NCBI GenBank assembly: GCA_963693365.1
Contig: CAVNZM010000007.1
Span: forward strand, 8,615,962-8,679,961
Length of the DNA stretch: 64,000 bases
Reading direction: 5' to 3'
DNA from: Amoebidium appalachense
Lineage: Eukaryota; Protista; Ichthyosporea
This document shows positions 20,712 through 32,853 of the stretch, one piece after another (the stretch's first letter is position 1; the number at the start of each line of letters is the position of its first letter). The position numbers and the translations under genes were made by a program. The notes under the pieces were generated by a model. That model searched no databases. It saw only the letters and a list, made by a program, of their open reading frames with translations, and was not told the origin of the DNA.

Positions 20712-20879
20712 CGCGGAGGGAAAGACAGAAAGAAAGAAAGAAAGAAAAAAGAAAACTACAAAGCTTGTCCTTCCCGACCCCTGCCTTTCTTTGACCACCC
20801 ATGCACCAAGGCATCAAGGGATATCCAGATGATCTTCACTAGCACCACCCTATGAAACACCGTACATTTGGTGATGAAA

Positions 20880-20916
<37 letters not shown>

Positions 20917-21248
20917 ACCCCCAGAGAAAGCAGGGCAGACCCCTGTACGTGTTCATCATCATCTCTACGTGTTGCATCATGTCCTCCGTGTAGATGCTGA
21001 AAGGGTGGGAGGTATGAGCACATGTACGGTATCTTCTATGGCTACAATCTTTCCGTGCACACACGAAACGGGCACATATGCACGCATTAATATAACACAT
21101 GCACATGTACAATTTACATGTTTTACATGTAAATGCATGAGAACATACAGGCATGCACATGTGTACATGCACTCTATACATCCAAGCACACACACACACG
21201 AGAGAGAGAGAGAGAGAGAGAGGGACAGAGAGAGAGGGGGGGGGGGGG

Positions 21249-21329
<81 letters not shown>

Positions 21330-22563
21330 GGATGAAGGAGGAAGAGGGGGAGGGGGGGAGCGGGGGAGGGAGGGAGGGGAGGGGGGGAGGGGGGAGGGGG
21401 GAGGAGAAGGGGAGGGAGGGGGGAGTGGGAGGGTGGGAGGGGGAGAGGGAGGGAGGGGGAGAGAGGGAGAGAGAGAACAGGAAGATAGACACCAGGAACC
21501 CACCTGTAGTCCTTGATCTCTCCTCTGTCACCATCGCTACGCCCATGACCTGTGTGCATTTAGGTGTTATCGTCAATAAATTGATGAATTTGAGAATCTG
21601 CCCTGTTTTTCCCATACCCCACAAGGGAAAAACAAACAAACAAGCAAACAAACAGACAGACCAATAAACAAGCAGAGCAAGCTAACAAATAAGAAAACAA
21701 ACGAACTTGGGGACAATGCTGTATGTATGAGAGTGTGTGTGCCGGGAAGGGGCGGCGCCGGGGGGGGGGGGGGGGGGGGGGGGGGGGAAGCATCAGAATG
21801 ACAGAGCCATCAACATGACTACACATGCGAGCAAAAAAGCAGAGAACGCAAAACAAAAGTGGAGGTGCGGGGTATCGATCCCCGTGCCTCTCGCATGCTA
21901 AGCGAGCGCTCTACCATCTGAGCTACACCCCCGTTGTGTTCTTCCCATGCAGTCGTGGGCCTCCTAGGTTATCCCAAACGTTGATCAGTCAGTATGGGTA
22001 GTGAAAATGTCACATCTTATATTATTGCGAGGGCAAACACGTGCTTGGTCCATTTCTTGCAGTTAGATGGGGTTTCATTTAGGTATTCGGGTCGGGTCAG
22101 GCCCGAATGGATACTGTATACGTGCAATGTGATTGGCTTGGTGCGCATCAAACAGAACTTGGCCCGTCGACCCGACGACCAAAATGCGACGACCAAAAAA
22201 CGACCTAAAAAATTAACCTTTAAAAAATGCTAAGAAATATGAACCTGATGACCAAAAAGAAGAAATCAGGATAGAAGATTTTACACGGGAAGGAGAGTAA
22301 AACGTGGAGATGCAGGGCATCGATCTCCGTGCCTCTTGCATCCTAAGCAAGCGCACTACCATCTGAGCTCCACCCCCTCGTTGCATCCCATCCCCCTGAA
22401 TTTCATCTCGGGGAATACTGATGTAGCCATACTGCCCAGTGTATGTATGCTACGTACTTGTACATTCACAGATGTGCAATATTAATCATGCATCAAGGAC
22501 AAGTAAACATGTTCCCCCGTGTGTGAAGCAACAAAAGAGTGTCTTTTTGCACATGCATGTTGT

Positions 22564-22645
<82 letters not shown>

Positions 22646-23486
22646 CGCTGCTAAGCAAGTGCTCTACCATCTGAGCTTATCCCCCGACATGTTCCACCAA
22701 AATTGCACATATCTTGCAGCGGAATACGTAAAAATATGCTGTAGAAAGCGCACCTGGTGGCCAGGAAAAAAAAATATGATAAAACAGGAAATGGGAAGAG
22801 AGTAAAAAGTGGAGGTGCGGGGTATCGATCCCCGTGCCTCTCGCATGCTAAGCGAGCGCTCTACCATCTGAGCTACACCCCCACGTTGATGTCCTCTCCA
22901 CTGGATTCCATCTCTGGATTGTCCTGTATCACGCATGTCGCCATACTGCCCAGTGTGTGTATGATACGTGCTTATATATTATGTTCACAGCTTTGCAATA
23001 TAATAATGCTTCAACGGCAGCTTTATGTTTCTCAACGTGTGAGGCAACAGAACAGTGCTCTTTTGCTATGCATGTGGCCCCCCCCCTCTGCTAAGCGAGT
23101 GCTCTACCATCTGAGCTTATCCCCCGATACGTTCCACCGAAGTTATGCATACCTTGCAAATGTGTTGTGAACAACGTGTCTGGTGAGCAGAAAAAGAAAC
23201 GATGATAAAAGAGAAACGGAAAGTGAGCAAAAGAATGGAGGTGCGGGGTATCGATCCCCGTGCCTCTCGCATGCTAAGCGAGCGCTCTACCATCTGAGCT
23301 ACACCCCCTTGATGCTAACTCTACCACTGAACTCCATCTTTGGGGCACTAACTCAGATGTAGCCATGCTGCCAAACGTTTGTATGCCACGTGCTTGTATC
23401 TCCACAGCTGTGCAGTGTCCATTTACACATGCATGTGGTCCCCCCCCCCCCCCCCCCCCCCACCCCCAACCACACACACGGGTGGG

Positions 23487-23522
<36 letters not shown>

Positions 23523-23542
23523 AACACACACACACACACACA

Positions 23543-23590
<48 letters not shown>

Positions 23591-25726
23591 CACACGAGAG
23601 AAAAAGGTATCCAAATGTAACGAAAAATCCATACGAAAAGAGGGGCGAGCAACAACAACAACAACCACAACAAAAAAAAAAAAAAAAAAAAAAAAAAGAA
23701 ACGATTGGAGGTGCGGGGGTATCGATCCCCGTGCCTCCCGCATGACAAGCGAGCGCTCTACCATCTGAGCTACACACCGCTAAACACCAGAAAGAAAGAG
23801 AATCAAATGATTCGTTTTCAGCATATGCATATACCTGGCATTCATCGTCGCCGCAGTATCCCACTCGTTTGTCGTCAATATGTACCATATATAAGTCTTT
23901 GTTGCATCTTTTGCATGCTGCTGTGTGATTGTTATTTGCTTTGACGAGCGAGCATGAATACAAACAAATTGTTCGTTATCACCATTTTGTGCCTATGCCT
24001 TACATTTCAGAGTACTATGTAATACAACCGCTTTATCGTCCCAACCCGGATATGATAACCATGGCGCCAAACATGCAAAAGAAAAAAGAAGAAGGGCCAG
24101 GAGAAACAACCCTACGAGGCACTGAGGGAGTGCGAAAGAGGGAAAAAAAAGTGGAGGTGCGGGGTATCGATCCCCGTGCCTCTCGCATGCTAAGCGAGCG
24201 CTCTACCATCTGAGCTACACCCCCGGTGGCAGCGAGCAGCGATTTGCAATACCAGACAATAATATGGTTTGATCTTTCAGGGAGCCGCATGTCGTTCAAA
24301 CGGCTAGGGAGGCCTAAGTTCGAATAAAACGGTTATCTATCAACAGTGGTGCATTACGTGAAACTTTCAAAAGTCTTGAATGCCTCCCCCCCCTCCCCCC
24401 TCCCCCCCCCCCCCCCCCCCCCACTCCCCCTCCCCCCCCCCCCCCTCCCCCCCTCCCCCCTTCCCCCCCCCCTCCCCCTTCCCCTCCCCCCCCACCCCCC
24501 CCCCCCCCACCCCAGGCATATCATTCTGGGCCCTTTTTGCTGTTGTTGGTAGTTATTACGTGAAATTTTCAAAAATATGGAATGCCTCCCCCCCCCCCTC
24601 CCCCCACCCCCTTCCCCAGGCGTATCATTCTGGTGCCTTTTTGCTGTTGTTGGTAGTAAATGGGGCCCCAGGGGGGGGGGGGGGGGGGGGGGGGGGGGGT
24701 GTGATGTATGCGTTATGGGATTGGAATTATGGAGGAGACAACAAAGAGCAACAACAAAACGTCACAAAAGTGGGGAAATCCAAAATTAAGCAATTTATGC
24801 GTGCAGGCAGAAGACACTTTGGGGGGGGGGGGGGGGGGGGGGGGGGATGTGCTCAAGGGAACTAAGTACACACGACAAAAATCACAACACAGACGATGCA
24901 GGATGGAGAAAAAGAAAGAAAAAGAAAAGAAAAAAAAAGGGAGCATTATCACACATGTGGGGCTGTTACCTTGGTGGTCGTGGGCAAAGACAACCACACC
25001 GATCTGGTTGAAGTATGGGGCCACCGTGTCATACCGCCCACTGTGCTCTCCAAACCCGTGACAGATAAACAGGAGCCCCTTGGTACCACCTTCAGGTAGC
25101 CATGCACGTGTGTACAGTTTTTCCCTGTGCAGACATTTATTTAGAAAAAGGGAAGATTGTGGGGTCAGGAAGAGGGAACGCAGGTGGGCGGGCAGGCGGT
25201 GGGCTGGCGGGACGGGGGAGAGGTGGAGAAGGGGGGGGGGGGGGGGGGGGGGGGGGGGGAGGGGGGGTAATGTGGTACATAGTGCAGTGTACAAATGTTT
25301 AACAGCTTATGTGCTGTGGATATGGGGGGCCAAAAAAAAAAAAAAAGTGTTCACATAGTGCATAGTGTTCACAAGACATAAGCTGTTATGCATTGTACAC
25401 TGCATTATGAACAGCCGGAGCATAGTGAGTGAAGAAAAGTTCTTCACCACAAATTCCGTGGCGGGGAAGGGGGGGGGGGGGGGGGGGGGATTGAAGAGTA
25501 CATTCCCACACCCCCGGATGAAACAAACAGTTATTTTGTTCAGAAATGCTGATGTGTGCAGAACCGGGAACAGTGTGGTGGGAATATGCCGACACGATCT
25601 GATTGTGTTCGTTCTAGTGTTCGCATGTTCACAATTTTGTTATTCGTGGACAATTTGAAGCGCATATAAAATTATGCTCAAGCTGTGTATGGCGTGGTAC
25701 ACAACTTGGATTTGTATGTGTGTATG

Positions 25727-25795
<69 letters not shown>

Positions 25796-25878
25796 TATGT
25801 GCATGTGTGTGTGTGTCTGCGAGTGTGTGCATATGCCTAGTGTGTGTGAGTGTGCGTGTGTTGCTGAGTTGGTAGTTG

Positions 25879-25949
<71 letters not shown>

Positions 25950-26131
25950 TGGGTGTGTGTGTGTGTTTATGTGCATGCACGCGTGCGTGCGTGCGCGTGT
26001 TTGTTTCTGTGCATGCGTGTGTGTACAGTGTGTGGATGTGCATCTGTATCTATCTGCACCTGGGTGGGTGTGTGTGCACGTGCATGTGTGCATGGAAGTG
26101 TGTGTGTATGTTCGCGCACGCGCGTACATGT

Positions 26132-26188
<57 letters not shown>

Positions 26189-26544
26189 CATGTGTGTGTG
26201 TGTAAATAACCCACCCATTCTTATTGCTGATGAGATTTCCTTCCATCACGTTTGGGGGCACATTCCCACTACGGTGGCTAAGTGTCAGGTCGGTGCTAGA
26301 CCGGGATCGTCTGTGTGCCGGTGCTGCTACCGGGAAGTCTTTAGCCTGCGCCAGGGTTGCCTCGTTAGTGGTCAATTAAAAAACTGCCACGCGAAGAAAA
26401 TTTCTTCATCAAGCCACAGCACAATGGGTGATGCCCTCCCCCCCCCCCCCCCCCCCCCCCCCCCAACACGCACACACCACCACCACCACCACCTGCCCCC
26501 CCAAACATACACACACGCTCACACACAAAACACCACCACCATTA

Positions 26545-26578
<34 letters not shown>

Positions 26579-28340
26579 ACTCCCAACACATGCGCGCGCA
26601 CACACACACAACAAACAAGCAATCAAAGACAAGGGAAAGCAACAAGAGCAGAGTGAGCATGCAAAAATGGCAAAAAAAAGGATTTCGGGTGTGTGTGTGC
26701 GGGGGGAGGGAGGGGGGGGGGGGGGGGGGGGGGGGTGATCAATGTGTTAGAGGGTTGGAAATACGGAGGAGACAACAATGAGCAACAACAAAACGTCACA
26801 AAAGTGGGAGATCCAAAATCAAACAATGCAAGCGTGCAGGCAGAAGACACTTGAACAGAGCCCATCATCAGGGGGGTTCCTATGACGCCACAGGGGGATT
26901 ATATGGTTCGTCGATTCCACCTACTAACCATTCGTACTGTTACAGCCCCAAACACACGTTTACACGCACTGGCTAACACAGCTCCCTACCCTTGTGTTCC
27001 TTTCCCAAACTCCTTTCCGGCCATATTATTGTCTAATTCACCACAAAAGCAAATATTGGCAAAATACATTTACTGCTCTTGTACGTGAAGTACAGCCATG
27101 CCCTCGCTTGAAATAGGGGTCCTATGATGTTCTCCCCTACCGTAACACGCCTGTTCATCCTCCCATCCTTTAAACCGTGTCCTTCGCCATCACACCGTGA
27201 ATCCACAGCAGCGCCCTCTCCCCCCCCCCCCCCCCCCATCCCCCCCCCCCTCCCACACACATACACACACACACACACCCCACCACCGCCACCGCCACCA
27301 ACACCACTACCACCACCACGGTCCCCTCCCCCTTCCCCCCCTCCCCCCTCCCCCTCCTCCCCCGCCCCCCTCCCCCCCCCTCCCCCCCCTCCCCCCCCTC
27401 CCCCCCCCCCCCCCCCCCCCCCTCCCTCCCCCCCCCTCCCCCCCCCCCCTCCCCCCCCCCCCCCCCCCCAGCCTCTTGAGCTCCCCTTTCCTCGCTCCAT
27501 TGCTTTCATTTCTCCATTTTCCCCCACGTCCTCAAAAAAACCACACTTCAACACTGCCAAAATATCGTTTCCACATGCAGATTTACAATCATACCGTGTG
27601 TTTTGGTGCTGGTGATGCCGGGTCCTTCGGTGTTATGCGGTGGCCCGTGGGTGATTGTCTTGCATCTAATGCAACCGGCGGTGAAAGGAAGGGCTCGTTC
27701 TCTGCTAGCTCAGACTGAGAGTGAAAAGAAAAGTAAGCACATGCTATACAACACAGTTGCTCGTTGGGGTTGAAGGTCATCTAAGATCGATGCGAGAAGG
27801 GTGCATCGTGCACAGGGATTGTGAAGAGATAGCCTTGTTTGCATGACAGGTGTGGCAGAGTATATGCAGCATACCGGATAGCATGTAGCAAATTATAGCA
27901 AGAGTATGTGACCAGTGTGAATTAAAGCAGATACGCTTGTATGTGTGTGTTTGAACGGAAAGGGAAAGGGGGAGAGGGACAAGGGAGGGGGGTGGGGGGT
28001 GGGGGGGGGGTGGGGGGGGGCTTGGTGGTCACGTCGGTTGTACAGGGTTCGAGGAAGGGGGAAGGGGTGGGGAAGGGGTGGGGAGGTAGGGGGATAAGGA
28101 AAGAGGGAGGGGGAAGGTGGGGGAGAGTGAGCGAGGACCGGCCAGAGGGGGGGGGGGGGGGGGAGGAGGGGGGGAGGGGGGGGAGGGGGGGGGGAAGGGC
28201 GGGAGGGATTTTGCACTGACGAGCACAATGAAGAAGTTGCAGTGAGCTTTATCTCTTGTAAATACCGGTTTGTTGTAGTCAACATACAAATACGTGTGTG
28301 TGTGTGTGTGTGTGAGTAAGAGAGTAAGAGAGCGAGGGAG

Positions 28341-28429
<89 letters not shown>

Positions 28430-29015
28430 GTATACGCACGCTCACGCATGTGTGCCCCTGTGTGTGTGTCTTGGTGTGTGTGTTCATGCAGGAACATATT
28501 TGTCTGTGTGTATGTGCGCTCAGCACGTAGTTGGGCTGTACGTGTTTGCGTGTGAGTGTGGCTTGGTGTGTTCAGTTCAGGCACAAGTTTGTTTGTGTGT
28601 ATATGCGCTCAACACGTATTTGAACACACACACACAAGCACGCAGGCACATACTCACCCACACACATGCACACGCGCACGCACGCACACGCGCACGCACG
28701 CACACACGCACGCACCCACACGCACACGCACGCGCACCCACACAAGCTTAGATACCCTCCCTACGTTTCCCCGTTCGCATGCACCAGGCAGTGAATACCG
28801 CCCATCACTCACTTAGATCATCCACTCACCATAACAGCATCCAGTGCGCTCTGAATGGGTTTTAAGTCACCCAACGTGGTGTTTGTCTCCACCAACCCTA
28901 CTGAAGATTCCTTCAGTGGCTGCTTGGCTGCAGGCCTTTCCAGCTCGGGCGTGCGCCTGAAGGCAGGCAGGTTGTTTTGGAGATGTGGTTGCATCTTTGG
29001 TGTATTTGAACCCAT
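14538..29015 (-). CDS. Monoglyceride lipase / lysophospholipase-like alpha/beta hydrolase (Hydrolase_4) with long N- and C-terminal extensions; nucleophile Ser replaced by Ala; 13 exons, ~640 aa
   Basis: Exons 29015-28830, 27714-27595, 26345-26215, 25124-24970, 21549-21504, 20996-20919, 20243-20154, 19402-19358, 17980-17904, 17240-17167, 16510-16449, 16036-15904 and 15263-14538 splice in frame. Motifs: [70 protein letters not shown]. The terminal exons are less certain than the core. Confidence 0.88.
14731..14960 (-). repeat. 24-bp coding minisatellite (8-aa PNMEGATS-like repeats) in the last lipase exon
   Basis: [56 protein letters not shown]. The plus-strand unit is ttccatatttggcgatgttgcacc. 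Confidence 0.85.
18402..18486 (-). mobile_element. Short truncated copy of the poly-G/C retroposon (variant subfamily)
   Basis: Identical to ~7939-8023 and sandwiched between G tracts. Confidence 0.7.
18645..18830. mobile_element. 186-bp MITE
   Basis: ~30-bp TIRs cagtgcttccaccgactttctgaaccaatcg / cgattagtccagaaagtcggtggaagcactg. TTA on both flanks may be a 3-bp TSD. Confidence 0.8.
19165..19311 (-). mobile_element. Truncated copy of the poly-G/C retroposon
   Basis: tttgaatgcggaacac..cataagcagagcccatcctcagggagggcccaa between two G tracts. Nearly identical to 38200-38317. Confidence 0.75.
21860..21932 (-). tRNA. tRNA-Ala(AGC), intact
   Basis: GGGGGTGTAGCTCAGATGGTAGAGCGCTCGCTTAGCATGCGAGAGGCACGGGGATCGATACCCCGCACCTCCA forms a full cloverleaf with G3:U70. 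A downstream TTTT terminator follows. Confidence 0.97.
22305..22377 (-). pseudogene. Degenerate tRNA-Ala copy, anticodon now AGG
   Basis: About 9 substitutions versus the intact copies: U8>G, D-stem and T-stem mismatches, anticodon loop TTAGGAT. Confidence 0.8.
22649..22685 (-). pseudogene. 5'-half tRNA-Ala fragment ending at a poly-G (minus-strand) tract
   Basis: tgctaagcaagtgctctaccatctgagcttatccccc matches tRNA positions ~1-37. Confidence 0.75.
22810..22882 (-). tRNA. tRNA-Ala(AGC), intact
   Basis: Identical to 21860-21932; followed by TTTTT on the minus strand. Confidence 0.97.
23089..23125 (-). pseudogene. 5'-half tRNA-Ala fragment
   Basis: tgctaagcgagtgctctaccatctgagcttatccccc; paralogous to 22649-22685. 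Confidence 0.75.
23236..23308 (-). tRNA. tRNA-Ala(AGC), intact
   Basis: Identical to 21860-21932. Confidence 0.97.
23706..23779 (-). pseudogene. Degenerate tRNA-Ala copy, anticodon now GTC
   Basis: Anticodon loop TTGTCAT, C1:C72 and U4:C69 acceptor-stem mismatches, one extra C in the T stem. G3:U70 is retained. Confidence 0.75.
24152..24224 (-). tRNA. tRNA-Ala(AGC), intact
   Basis: Identical to 21860-21932; followed by a T8 terminator on the minus strand. Confidence 0.97.
24354..24657. repeat. Tandem duplication of a unit interrupted by a poly-C tract
   Basis: ttacgtgaaa(c/t)tttcaaaa..gaatgcctcc[C tract]ccagg..tatcattctgg..ctttttgctgttgttggtagt occurs twice. Confidence 0.75.
25276..25412. 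repeat. Imperfect inverted repeat (~40-bp arms)
   Basis: catagtgcagtgtacaaatgtttaacagcttatgt pairs with acataagctgttatgcattgtacactgcattatg. Confidence 0.7.
26737..26880 (-). mobile_element. Second subfamily of the poly-G/C retroposon (paralog at ~24700-24820)
   Basis: ggaggagacaaca..caacaacaaaacgtcacaaaagtggg..gcgtgcaggcagaagacact is shared with 24720-24820. Both copies follow G tracts, and this one carries the family motif cagagcccatcatcagggg. Confidence 0.6.
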
Positions 29016-30081
29016 GTTACCGTTCGGCCCATCAGAGCCACTATGCCGCTTGCTTACGCGTTTAAGGAAATGGCTGTGACTATGTATTGTTATAGTTCCA
29101 CAAGAAGCACGTACGTGTTGATGTTCAGCACGAGCATCCGCACCTGTGAGCTCGTTTGTGGTTATGTGTTCACAGCCCTGCCCTTGTGCGCTATGCGCGA
29201 GCGTCCGTTGTTTTGTGAATGCTAGGATGCTGGCTTCCTTTCTTGCTCAAGCGTGCCGACAGAGTGGGCTGCTAGCGTGAAAGGAGACCTCCACGATATC
29301 CCCTAACAGTTACTTTCATGTCAGGGATCACCTTTTGATGATTATGACACTAACGTTTCTCGATTGTCAGTTTCGGCTCTTCTCGTTCTACTCGGTGCCA
29401 GGCTGCCTACATGACCGCCAAAAAAAATTCTCTCACAAGTATTTACATAGAACATAATACTGTCTTTCGTTACATGTCATGTGGGGCTACCCAAGCTCGC
29501 AGGCCCTGCCTTTTGAACTGAAAGCGAAACTGTGCGGCGCGCTTGTTGCGGCTTTATGACGAAAAAAATGACGCTACATGATTGGTGCAATAATTTTGCC
29601 TGCTAAATAAGGCTCTTTTTGGCATTGTTTCAGTGGTAAAAAATCTCCCATGCGTCTCACGAACGTTAATCCAACGGTTCCGTTTGGAAAGAGGCCCGGC
29701 CCGGTCGGGAAGCCTTGCTCAGGAAACTCTGAAGGCCGCTCGCAAGTCACACACAAGACCGAGAAACTACGGTGCAGAACCAACGGCGATAAAAAAGACT
29801 GTGACTTAAAACTGAGGGACGGATCTCACTCCTTGCTTGTGACGTCATTTGTGGCAATCCTGAAAGATGCAGGCCATTCATGAGTACTGACGGTTGAAGC
29901 TGCATGCATACCCACCGTGATTCTGCAAGCTATTGCAGACGATTCATAGAGCACTCGCCACCATCACAAGTTGTTCGTTGCCCTATAGCCATCCTGGTCA
30001 AAGGTTACGGACTCGACAGCTTCGACCTCGTGATCACTGGACCTGTATTGTTCCCCCCTCCCCTCCCTCCTCTCGCCCCCC

Positions 30082-30130
<49 letters not shown>

Positions 30131-30981
30131 TCTCGCGATTAAGAGTTAACTATGCGCTGACTGAAGGCTTGCTACTTTTCTCTCTCAGACTCTATCTCCA
30201 AGCCATCCTCTCCGGGTCCGATGCAGTCCTCTTGTTCAGCTCCGCCCCTCCTCCCCCCCCCTGTCTCCCCCCCCTCCCCCCCCCCCCCCCCCCCTCCAAA
30301 CCAAGCCTCCCCCACACTACCGCCGCTCTCCCCTCCCCTCCTTCCCCACTCCCCGTACCCCCGCACCCCCGCCCCACATACCCACCCGCCCACCCATGCT
30401 CCCCCTCTGCCGCTAGCCCCGACCTTCACAACACAGTTACGGCGGACAAGTGCACCATCTAGATCTCACGATATCAATCAGTTGTGCAAACAAGTGCCTC
30501 TGTCTTCTCGAACTTCCTAGCATGCTACTTTCCATCTGTAGAGCTCATATGTCCGTTCTTGTTTGCTTCCTGGGTTACAGTTTCCGGTTTTGTATGAACA
30601 ACCGGGCCCTCCCTGAGCTCCCTCCCTTCAAGCACCCAAAAATTTCACACACTCATCATGAAGTGACAAACTTTCGTGTCATGCGATCTGCTTTGGCATT
30701 CATTCGTACAAATAAGGTTAGGATTTGTGCAAAATAATTGGCTATCTCGGTCTTGGCAAGTTGGCATCACTTGAATGTTTTCATAAGTAAACAAACGCAA
30801 GGCTCAAACGACCGACGGTCTTCTTTTTTTTACGGTATGTAGCAAAGCAAGGTCGGCCGAAGTGCATATGACCACGTGATTTGTCGTTGTCCAGCCTAGT
30901 GGAGCCGTTGAAAAACCCCCTATAATTGTGTTGTGAAGTATAAACGAAGAGCCAAGAAGGTGCCGCCTTTCTTCTTCCACC

Positions 30982-32014
30982 ATGGTCCTCCCAGAATCAG
31001 CATACACAATCATCCATGGGCAGCGCATGTGCCGAGTCCTTGTCGGCATGTGGCAGGTATATGGCTTGACATGTGCTTTCATGGTCTTTGGGTCGCAAAA
31101 TAACGTCTCGGTGCATAAGCTATTTTCTGTGGTTGAGAAGGGGCAAGTGCAAAGCGTAATAGTCCAATTTGCACGTCATCACTGCTTAGGTGCTCGAGAT
31201 CCTGTTTCGGGATCTGGGCTTGCTACGGTAACCTGCTGAAGATCTTGGATCAGCAGCTTCTTTTTTTCTCGTTGCTACCACGGATTTCTTATTGTTTTTT
31301 ACATTCTTTGCCTAATTGGCGTTCCCCCCCCCTCCCCCCCCTCCCCCCCCCCCCCCTCCCCCCACCCATCCTCCACCCACCACCCCCCGGGCCTTTTCTC
31401 TTTTGAAATTCTACCGATCATGCTTTTGCAATCACCTTTGGGCATGGTTGGACATGTCAGTGCAGGTCTGTGTCTGAATTAAAATTGGTTCACTTGCAGC
31501 TTTCTGGACACCATGGATTCAAACCAGCGCCTGAACCTGCTCTTGAGTCCATGAAGAGGTGGGTCTGGGGAATTGCAGGGGGAAGGGGAGGAGAAAGGAG
31601 GAGGGGGGGGGGGGGGGGGGGAGGGGGGGGGGGGAAGGGGAGGGCCGGGGGACGGGGGGGGGGGGGGGGGGGAGAGGGGGGAGGGGGGGAGGGGGGGGGG
31701 GGGGGGGGGGGGGAAGGAGCAATTAACAAGTTCTGGGGAGCGAGTTTGGGCCCGTATTACTTAGGAAGGCCTTGTCCCTAACCCCCAGAGTGCCTGAGTG
31801 TTTGTACATCGTAACAATGTGAATTTTTATTATTTTTATTTTTATTTATATATATATTTATTTTTATTTTTATTTTTATTTTGGGGGGGGGGGGGGGAGG
31901 GGGGGGGGGAGCAAACTAAAATTTGAGCTTTTTTTGAGAAGTGGAAGTGTGTGTGGGGAAGGGGGGGGGGGGGGGGGGGGGGGAAGGAGGACATTTGTGC
32001 GTGTTCATATGTAT

Positions 32015-32049
<35 letters not shown>

Positions 32050-32117
32050 ATGTACACTTGAGCTTTGGCTTTTATACCAGAATTAGTCTGTGAGCCGAGC
32101 ACGTGTTTGGTTGTCAT

Positions 32118-32155
<38 letters not shown>

Positions 32156-32310
32156 CTTCCCCATCCCCACCCCCCCAGCTAGCCTCTCTCTCTGTCCTGT
32201 CCTTGCCCGTGCACCTGATCTTACGGACGTACTTTGCAACTCAACTCGACAATCTCCCCCCTCCCCCCCCCCCCCCCCCCCCCTCCCCCCCCAAACACAC
32301 ACACACACTG

Positions 32311-32354
<44 letters not shown>

Positions 32355-32822
32355 CCGTTGTGGATGATTTCGCCCCTTCCTGAGGATGGGCTTTGGCTAT
32401 GATCATACTCAGTACGTGTGTGTCGACCCTATGATTATTAATATGCACTTCGTATACAGTCTGTAACACGTTCTAATCCCCCCCCCCCCCCCCCCTCCTC
32501 CCCCAACCTTCCTTTGTACAACGTGCAGATACGTTGATGCTGGATTCACCACCTTCGACCTCTCCGATCACTACGGCCCATCAGAGGACTATGTGGGGAT
32601 GTTTTCGTCTGCAAACCCAGCACTGATCAAGAGCAGCCAGTGCCTATTTTTCACCAAGTGGGTGCCCCGACCCGGCCCGATGACCCGTGAGGTGGTTGAC
32701 AGGGCCATCGGGGTTTCGTTGGCTCGCATGCAGACACAGAAGCTGGACATGCTGCAATTTCACTGGTATAGGACCCCCCTTCACCAGACCCCCCCCCGGC
32801 TCCTAAAAAAACATGTATTTTT

Positions 32823-32853
<31 letters not shown>

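Noticed and set aside
21860-24224. CRISPR-like repeat-spacer array, or a link between the tRNA-Ala array and the host's Ser>Ala change
   Set aside because: The repeats are tRNA genes with long homologous spacers and no cas genes are present. No mechanism links the tRNAs to the codon change.
29690-29810. KAARKS peptide resembling the histone H3 tail
   Set aside because: The flanking residues do not match H3 and the frame stops within 20 codons; a chance match.
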